Part shown: piece after piece, positions 20,201-27,497 of the stretch | Position numbering within the stretch: position 1 is the first letter of the stretch | How the letters are laid out: every line of letters starts with the position of its first letter | Source of the DNA: Chitinophagales bacterium | Lineage (GTDB): Bacteria > Bacteroidota > Bacteroidia > Chitinophagales > LD1 | Direction: 5' to 3' | NCBI GenBank assembly: GCA_044360745.1 | Contig: JBIKJU010000002.1 | Span: 1-47,369, forward strand | DNA length: 47,369 nt | Notes under the pieces: model-generated | What the model saw: the letters and a program-made list of their open reading frames with translations, nothing else | What the model was told of the DNA's origin: nothing | The model's database searches: none | Position numbers and translations under genes: made by a program

Positions 20201-22637
20201 CAGAATTCGGATTTATGATAAGGTTTCCATTTATACCAAACTCAAAAGCAGTGGTCACAAATCGATTAGTTCCTGCTAGCGTATTAAGCTCTAAATTACC
20301 AAACGAAAGCCTATTTGAACCAACAAAAACATTTATTCTAAATCCATTTGTTGCATTTGCACTTGTATCTGTTGAAACGCCATTGCCAAACCTAGTAGTA
20401 TGTGCTGTAGAAACATTAACGTGAGCCGTAGAATTAGTATAGGCAAAGGTATTGCTCGCAGTAGCATTTGCATGTGGGTCTACTATAGTAAGTGTACCTC
20501 CTGTCCAATTTACAAACTGAGAATTTAATTGAACGATTGAAACTCCTGAAGCAACAGAATTTACTGCTGTTCCTGCATCATTCCCATCTACTACTATATC
20601 ACCACCAGATTGATTAAATGTAGAACCAGCATTATTTAGCAAGTTTCCATTTATAGATAAGGTGCCCCCATTTACAGTTAAAGTTCCTGAATTGACCAAA
20701 GAGTTATTTTTTAATGTGCAACCAACTGTCAAATTTCCAGTAGCCACAGTTAATGTACCTCCAGTAGCTACAGTAAGATTTCTACAAACATTGCTTGCAG
20801 AATTTACAGTAACGTTATGGCCAGCAGCTATGTTTACAATATCTGTACATGTAGGAAGACTTCCTTTATTCCATGTAGTAGGATTGTTCCAATCTCCTGT
20901 TGCAACAGATACAAATGGCACATCAGCAGCGTTTGCTCCAATAAAGAATGGCCCAGCTGTTAATTGAGCAGTTGATAGTCCCGTACGTTGTGGAGCCGGT
21001 GTAGTAGTACCTCTTTGATAATTACCAACCGTAGCATTGGCATAGATTAATCTGGCTGATGTGTCACTCGTTACAAATAATCCATCTTGGTAAAATGCAA
21101 CTAGTGTATGTGTTCCAGAGGCATAAACATAACCACTTTCATTACTTACCGCCCAATTGTCATTGGTTCTGTCAGTAATAGTATAAGCACCATCAGTAAT
21201 TGATAATCCTGTAGTGCTTCCAGCTACTGCGTTAAGAGCTACAGTAAGATATCCCGCAGTATTACCAGTTGTACTTGTACTAGTTCTAGTTATATAAAAT
21301 GACCTATTCAAATTTGGAGTTGCAATAAATGGATATTGAGAAGTTGTGTTAGTTGGATTTACGCCAGCAGTGATTGCTGTACCAGTAGCTCCAGTGGTCC
21401 ACCACCTTGAAAATGATCCATTATAGAAACCAGTTCCTAAAGGAGCTGTTAGTGTACCTGGAGCAGCATTATTCCCAAAATATATTTTGTTAGTATTTAG
21501 GTTTATTCTAGCCCCAGTTATATTTAAGTTGTTAGCAATCCTTATATTATTCCATCCAAGTGAGATATTAGGTGTGACGATAGCTGTATTGCTACAAGTT
21601 AAATTTCTAATGACACTACTCACAAAAGTACCTGAGCCTGATAAAGTTTGAAGTGATGTACCATTTAGTGTGAGGTTTCCAGCAGTTGTTAAGCCAACTG
21701 ATAAATTGACGCTTCCATCATTCACTATATTACCTCCGACAATCAATGTTTTTCCAGTTGTTCCATTAAATACGTTAACCAAACCACCAGCATTTACATT
21801 AAGATTATTAGTTACTGAAAAACTAGAAGGAGTGACACCATATCCTAAAGTTCCATTTACTGTAAGAACACCAGCTGCTTGTCCTACAGCATTTACAGTT
21901 ACAACATGACCAGTTGACACTATCACAGTATCTATAGAAGTAGGCACTGCATTTGCATCCCATGTAGAAGGTGTTCCCCAATCGCCAGTGGCAATAGAGA
22001 TGAATTTTCCTGGAGGAGAAGATATTAATGATATTTCATCTAAAGCAGCAGGAGGGGGAGCTATATCTGAAACATCTGATTTCCATTGAAAAATTAGTCT
22101 ATAAGTACCAGGTGCTGCTGAAAAAACTATTGTTTCTGAATTCCAATTGACAGAATTAAGCTTATACATTCCATTTGTTGCGCCTGGTCCACTTATTTGA
22201 GAAACTACAGGTATTGTAGCTGTTGAGAGAGGTGTTGTAGAAGTAGGTGCCCAATAAACTTTTATATTGTCCCAGTCACTAGTTCCTGTACCTTCTCCAC
22301 CAACTTTCCATTTGAACGACAGTGTTACTTTGTTCTCTCCAGCTGGAATTGTAACATCTCTGAAAAGGTGGTTAAAAACACTAAATTGAGAATAAGACCA
22401 AGAAACACCATTGTTAGATGAAACAAATGCACAATTAGTACCATTCGATACTACAGGAACGTTTCCTATTTGCCAAGTATCAGTTGATGGGTTAACAACA
22501 TTCCAACCGTTAGCAGCGAATGTGCTTCCGTTTTCAAATCCGCCATCACCAGTTGATGATATCAGAGTAGTCTGTGCATTTAGCTGAAATGTGCTAATGA
22601 CAAAAAGACTTAAAAACAATCGTGTAAAAATTTTCAT
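14262..22637 (-). CDS. Giant multidomain T9SS-secreted adhesin-like protein (2,791 aa)
   Basis: Domain order by eye: signal peptide; jelly-roll-like N-domain; long N/T/G/V-rich beta-helix-like region; Ig-like Cys-bracketed modules; MAM-like domain; two GEVED-type modules (..WGEIEDY); a pre-peptidase-C-terminal-like domain; about 7 SprB-type repeats (CNG.NNG...GG...Y.Y.WSNG...GL..G.Y.VTVTD.NGC); and a type-A sorting tail ([14 protein letters not shown]...[20 protein letters not shown]). Confidence 0.9.
   Translation of the reverse strand: [2791 protein letters not shown]
14535..16110 (-). repeat. About 7 tandem SprB-type ~76-aa repeats (coding)
   Basis: Examples: [19 protein letters not shown]..., [29 protein letters not shown]..., [29 protein letters not shown].... 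Confidence 0.8.
17060..17552 (-). repeat. GEVED-type module, copy 2 (coding)
   Basis: [39 protein letters not shown]...[40 protein letters not shown]. Strongly similar to copy 1 at the protein level and clearly alignable at the DNA level. Confidence 0.8.
17825..18305 (-). repeat. GEVED-type module, copy 1 (coding)
   Basis: [39 protein letters not shown]...[40 protein letters not shown]. Confidence 0.8.
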
Positions 22638-22671
22638 TTTAATATAATTTTATTTTTATCGAATAGTATAG

Positions 22672-22679
22672 CAAAGGTA
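22672..22679 (-). promoter_or_regulatory. Candidate -7 box (TACCTTTG on the minus strand) for the giant adhesin gene
   Basis: The reverse complement of CAAAGGTA matches TAnnTTTG, 34 nt upstream of the ATG at 22637. Weak evidence. Confidence 0.25.
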
Positions 22680-22785
22680 AAATTAGTTTTATTAAATCAT
22701 TTTTCAAAACAAAATATTACTTTTTTAAAGTAAAACACAAAGATTATGGTTAGTTGATATTTATGTTAGTATTCCTAAAATCAGC

Positions 22786-22793
22786 TAATTTTG
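22786..22793 (+). promoter_or_regulatory. Candidate -7 box (TAATTTTG) for the thioredoxin-PPK2-rraA gene string
   Basis: Matches TAnnTTTG, 41 nt upstream of the ATG at 22835. Weak evidence. Confidence 0.25.
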
Positions 22794-22834
22794 GTATGAT
22801 TGTGGTAGTATATTATTAAAACTAACACTCTACC

Positions 22835-23305
22835 ATGCGTTTATGCATTTTTTTATATTGCTTTTTAATTTGCATTTCGGTTTATGCATGGCCAAATGAC
22901 AGTACTATTTTAGATAGTAAGGTGCTGTTTTCTGAAGTTTCATTCGATGATTTCAAAAAACAAGCTGCTTTTGAAAATAAGCCTTATTTTATAATGTTCT
23001 CTGCTTCATGGTGTTCTCCATGCAAGCGCATTAAAAAAGAAATTTTCACCAACCCCAAAATAGCTACCTTATCCAACGAGCATTTTTTAGTTTTTGAAGT
23101 AGATATTGAGAGTTTTGATGGTCTAGAAATCAACAATGAATTTAAGGTATCTCAACTTCCGACTATTTTATTTTTTGATCCAAAAGGCAAACTTATTGAT
23201 AAAGCCACAGGATTTTTTGACGCCTATTATTTTTTCAAAAAGCTACGTGCTAAAATCCCTCCACACTTGAGAACCATAGACTGGGATCATACATATATCG
23301 ACTAA
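22835..23305 (+). CDS. Exported thioredoxin-fold protein (WCSPC active site)
   Basis: 156 aa. N-terminal hydrophobic signal (MRLCIFLYCFLICISVYA). FSASWCSPCKRIKKE CxxC motif. LPTILFF cis-Pro region. Confidence 0.75.
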   Translation: MRLCIFLYCFLICISVYAWPNDSTILDSKVLFSEVSFDDFKKQAAFENKPYFIMFSASWCSPCKRIKKEIFTNPKIATLSNEHFLVFEVDIESFDGLEINNEFKVSQLPTILFFDPKGKLIDKATGFFDAYYFFKKLRAKIPPHLRTIDWDHTYID

Positions 23306-23317
23306 AAACTTTAAAAA

Positions 23318-24049
23318 ATGAGCATAAACAAACAAGATACTAAAGCTCCTAAAAGCATAGATAAAGAGGATATAAAAGCAGAAACCTTAAACTTTAAAAC
23401 AAAAATCGGGGAATTACAAGACATCCTTTACGCACAATCGAAATATGCAATCTTAGTTATTATTCAAGGGATGGATGCATCAGGTAAAGATGGGTCTACA
23501 AAAAATGTATTTGAAGCTGTAAACCCAGCTGGATGCAGAGTGTTTGGCTTTAAAAAACCTACGGACATAGAAATGAAACATGACTTTTTGTGGCGAGTAC
23601 ATAAGGTAGTCCCTGAGCGGGGTATGATTCATATTTTCAATCGCTCTCATTATGAAGATGTCCTTATACAAAGAGTGCATAAGTGGATAGATGAAAAAAC
23701 CGTTGCTCAACGCATGGCACAAATTAATGATTTTGAACGAATGCTTTCTCAAAATCATACAGTCACTTTAAAATTCATGCTCAATGTATCGAAAGAAAAA
23801 CAACTTGAACGACTCCAAGAGCGACTTTCTGACCCAACTAAATATTGGAAACACAATGAAAATGACATGAAAGAGCGAGAACATTGGGATAGCTATATGA
23901 AAGCCTATGCTGATGTATTAGAGAAATGTAATGAAACACCATGGACAATAGTGCCTGCCGATCAAAACTGGTACAAAGAGTATATCATTAGCAAAAAGAT
24001 TTATGACACCCTTTCTTCATTAAAATTAGAATATCCAAAACCTCAGTAA
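23318..24049 (+). CDS. Polyphosphate kinase 2 family protein (polyphosphate:nucleotide phosphotransferase)
   Basis: 243 aa. Walker-A-like [13 protein letters not shown], plus [14 protein letters not shown] and ADQNWYK, all typical of single-domain PPK2. Confidence 0.88.
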   Translation: MSINKQDTKAPKSIDKEDIKAETLNFKTKIGELQDILYAQSKYAILVIIQGMDASGKDGSTKNVFEAVNPAGCRVFGFKKPTDIEMKHDFLWRVHKVVPERGMIHIFNRSHYEDVLIQRVHKWIDEKTVAQRMAQINDFERMLSQNHTVTLKFMLNVSKEKQLERLQERLSDPTKYWKHNENDMKEREHWDSYMKAYADVLEKCNETPWTIVPADQNWYKEYIISKKIYDTLSSLKLEYPKPQ

Positions 24050-24050
24050 A

Positions 24051-24527
24051 ATGCTACTAACTACCGACCTCAGCGACAACTTTAGAAATGATGTAAAAGC
24101 CGCAGACTCTATTTTTAAAGACTATGGCGGCCAAAAACAGTTTCATGGGGAAATCATAACCATAAAACTCTTTGAAGACAACAGCTTGGTAAGAAAAATA
24201 CTAGAAGAGAATGGACAAGGTAAGGTACTTGTAGTTGATGGCGGTGGCTCTAAACGCTGCGCTCTTTTAGGAGACCAACTCGGTGAATTAGCTGTTAAAA
24301 ACAAATGGAACGGTTTAGTCATATATGGCTGTGTAAGAGATAGCGTAGCTCTCTCAAAACTTCCGATTGGCATAAAAGCACTAGGCACTCATCCGTTTAA
24401 AACTGAAAAAAGAAATGAAGGCCAAATAGACTTGACACTTACGTTCTCAGGAGTTGATTTTATACCATCACACTATTTATATGCCGATGAAGATGGCATA
24501 TTAGTATCACATAAAAAACTGCACTAA
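24051..24527 (+). CDS. rraA: RraA family protein (RNase E regulator / HMG-CHA aldolase-like fold)
   Basis: 158 aa. [43 protein letters not shown]. Starts 1 nt after the PPK2 stop. Confidence 0.88.
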   Translation: MLLTTDLSDNFRNDVKAADSIFKDYGGQKQFHGEIITIKLFEDNSLVRKILEENGQGKVLVVDGGGSKRCALLGDQLGELAVKNKWNGLVIYGCVRDSVALSKLPIGIKALGTHPFKTEKRNEGQIDLTLTFSGVDFIPSHYLYADEDGILVSHKKLH

Positions 24528-24529
24528 AC

Positions 24530-27352
24530 CTATTGTTTCATTACTTTTGCCCTTGATACCACTTCTCCTACTTTTCTAAATTCAAGCACATACATCCCTT
24601 TTGCTTGAGATGATAAATCTATCACTCGTAGATTATTTAAATCCACAGTAGTTATCGTTCTTCCCAATGCATCAAAAACCCAAACCGAGAGGTCTTTTAA
24701 ATTGGTTTCTATCGTTAAAAGTGAAGAGGTAGGAACTGGTGAAATTTGAATACTAACACCCTCTACAAAAGTGGTAATGGAGTTCACGACTACATTGCTA
24801 ACTTCGACAGACTCAGTAGTTTTGCAACCATTGCCATCAGTAACGGTAACAGTATAAACTCCAGAAGCAACATTAGATATAATTGATGTATTGCCTCCAT
24901 TGCTCCAAGCATAAGTAAATGGCCCAGCACCTATAGGAGGGTCTATGCTAGCCGTTCCCACAGAGGAGTTATTTGTATCAGGCATAGTACTATAAATCAA
25001 AGCTGGTGGAGTCAATACCTGCACTGCTAAATTTTGAGTAAGTGTATCGCTACCAAACGAATTTGTAGCGATAAGGGTAACATCATAAAGTCCAGGTTGG
25101 CTATAAACCACCGCTACCGTGTTGCTAGTAGAGCTAGCTGGCAAGCCAGACTGAAACTGCCAATTTACCGATGATGGATTGCAAGTAGATTGTTGAGTGA
25201 AAAATACCGTATCGCCCACACACACACTAACTTTATCTTGAGAGAATTGAGCTTCTAAAGCTTTAACTTCTACAGGGGTAGAAAAATCAAATGTATCTGC
25301 ACCATACTGATTAGAAGAGATTAGCCTAGCGTTGTAGTTTCCAGCTGCATTATAAGTTACCGTTGGGTTTCGGAGGGTAGAAGTAGCTGGAGTGCCACCT
25401 GGAAAACTCCAAGCCCACGATGTAGGTGAGTTAGAAGACAAGTCATTATAAACAACTGATGTGCCGGTGCAAGCACTACTGCTAGAAACGCCAGCATTAG
25501 CAATAGGTGGTATAGGCTGAGGAGGCACAGAGTCTATAACTTGAAACATATCTACCCCTCCTTCTACTAAATGACCTGTAGAAGAATCGAATGTTCTGAA
25601 AACAACTGTCATGTTATTTGTGAGTGAAGGGAAATAGTCCTTAATTCTATATGACTTTAAATTCCATTGAGAAGAAGATCCTGAAAACCCAATTTTATCA
25701 ATCACAATAGATTGTGACCCCGCTTTTATAGCCACCTCAAATGAATCATCAGGTGTTCCTGTGCCTCCATTATTAAAGAACCATCTGTAGTATTTCAAAA
25801 TAGGATCCGTGTAGGTTGTCAAATCCATGATAGGTGTTGTTAATGTAACAGTCCCCCCATCCACATCATCTGTACCAGCTTGGCCACCTCCGTTGCCGGT
25901 GACAAAACACTTGTCTGTAAAGTCTGGGGTGACATCAGCTCCAGGATTAGAAGTAAACGTAACATTATTTGATGTGTATGTAGTACCAACAGGAACTCCC
26001 CTTACCCATGCTCCAGATGGAGCATTACTTGTAGCCGTCCAATTAAAATCAAATGTAAAGTCATCATAATATCCCTTTTGCAATAGTAAAGTTACGTTAC
26101 CTGTAACTGTATAGTTCGCTGTAGGTATAGTATTTGTTTTATATGACCACTTCCCAGCATATATGGTATAAGAACCAGAAATCATATTCGGGATACTAAA
26201 ATTACCATTGGCATCTGTGGTTAGGTTATAATTGCCAGCACCAACTACCAAAACATTCGCATTCGGAATACCAAGATTAGTCGCTGCATCGCGCACGGTA
26301 CCAGAAAATGCAAAAGTGATAGGAATAAAACATTTATTGGATGAGCCAAGACTTGCTCTTCTTGGTGCTGAACTCAATATAGTGAGCATTCGCGTTTTTT
26401 GATCATTGGTATAAATATTCATGCAGGCATCATCGCTATAGTCCATGTAGTTTTCGACCATATCCTTTGGATCTGGCGCTGGATCTACACAGCTGTTTCT
26501 ATTTACACAGCCATAATTAGAAGATGTAGACTTAGGTGTATCATCACAAAAGTCCGAAGCAGTGCAACTGTTTCCATCGCCCCAAATGTGCCTTAAACCC
26601 AAAAAGTGACCTATCTCATGTGTCAAAGTTCGTCCAGCGTTGTAAGGGGCATTTGCAGTACCACTGTTGCCGCAAGTAGTAAATCGGATCACAACCCCAT
26701 CTGTAGTTGCTCCTCCGTTATTTGTTCCTATACCCGCTAAAGTACTGTTTGGAAACTGTGCATACCCTAATAGACTGGCAGATGCCCCACCGAAATTTAC
26801 TACCCAAATATTAAGGTATTGCTCTGGATTCCATATGGTTTGAGGTTTCAAAACTCCTTGGATATCATTAGCAGCTCCTGTGCTTCTTTGCCAACTAGCT
26901 TGTGTCATATTACGTCTGCTTATACCTGGTTCCGCTAATATATTTCCATTGGGGTCTACTACTGCTAAACAAAATTCTATTTCAGTGTCCGCTCCCACTG
27001 GATTGGTATTATATCCAGGAGTTCCCTGTATTCGTCTAAAGTCATTATTCAAAATAGCTAATTGACTTGTCACTCTGGATTGTGGTATATTTTCATTTTG
27101 ACCAACAGCATCTCCATTATGGATGATATGGAAAATAATAGGAATAGTGACTACACTTCTGCCAGATCGATGTTGTGCTTTGTATTGCGCTATTTTTACT
27201 GAAAGCCAATTTTCAAAATCTGCATCAGCTTCTTGCATTCCTGACAGCTGCCTTTCTCTCTCAGCTTCTACGGTTTCGCATCTGACAAATTGCTGAGCAT
27301 GGAGAGATAAAATAGATATCAAAAGAAAAGCAATAAGTGTAATTTTTTTCAT
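24530..27352 (-). CDS. Secreted zinc metalloprotease, M43 (pappalysin/cytophagalysin-like), with PKD domains, one SprB-type repeat and a T9SS type-A sorting tail
   Basis: 940 aa. Signal peptide. [15 protein letters not shown] (about 26583..26625). Two PKD-like modules (WAWSFPGG..., VNWQFQSG...). FTYAWSNGG...[11 protein letters not shown]. The tail [15 protein letters not shown]...[22 protein letters not shown]. Confidence 0.88.
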   Translation of the reverse strand: [940 protein letters not shown]

Positions 27353-27465
27353 TTAGCTTTGTTTGGGATAACGAATAAAACAAAAATAAATAATTACCAA
27401 AAGTTTAAACACATATTTTTAAAAGCAAACTATATAATTAAAAGGTAGAAAATTCTAGTTTTTAG

Positions 27466-27473
27466 TATGTTTG
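27466..27473 (+). promoter_or_regulatory. Candidate -7 box (TATGTTTG) for bshA
   Basis: Matches TAnnTTTG and ends 24 nt upstream of ATG 27498. It overlaps the TTG used as start in the ORF track, which argues for the ATG. Confidence 0.3.
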
Positions 27474-27497
27474 AAAGTAGAAAAGTTAAATAAACAC

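Noticed and set aside
19513-20424. 303-aa + strand ORF inside the giant adhesin gene (also 18619..18804, 20662..20967, 21670..21909)
   Set aside because: Antisense to the beta-helix-like N/T/G/V-rich segment. Sense codons such as AAT/ACT/GGT/GTT give stop-free antisense triplets. There is no start context, no recognisable motifs, and a complete overlap with a far better-supported gene.
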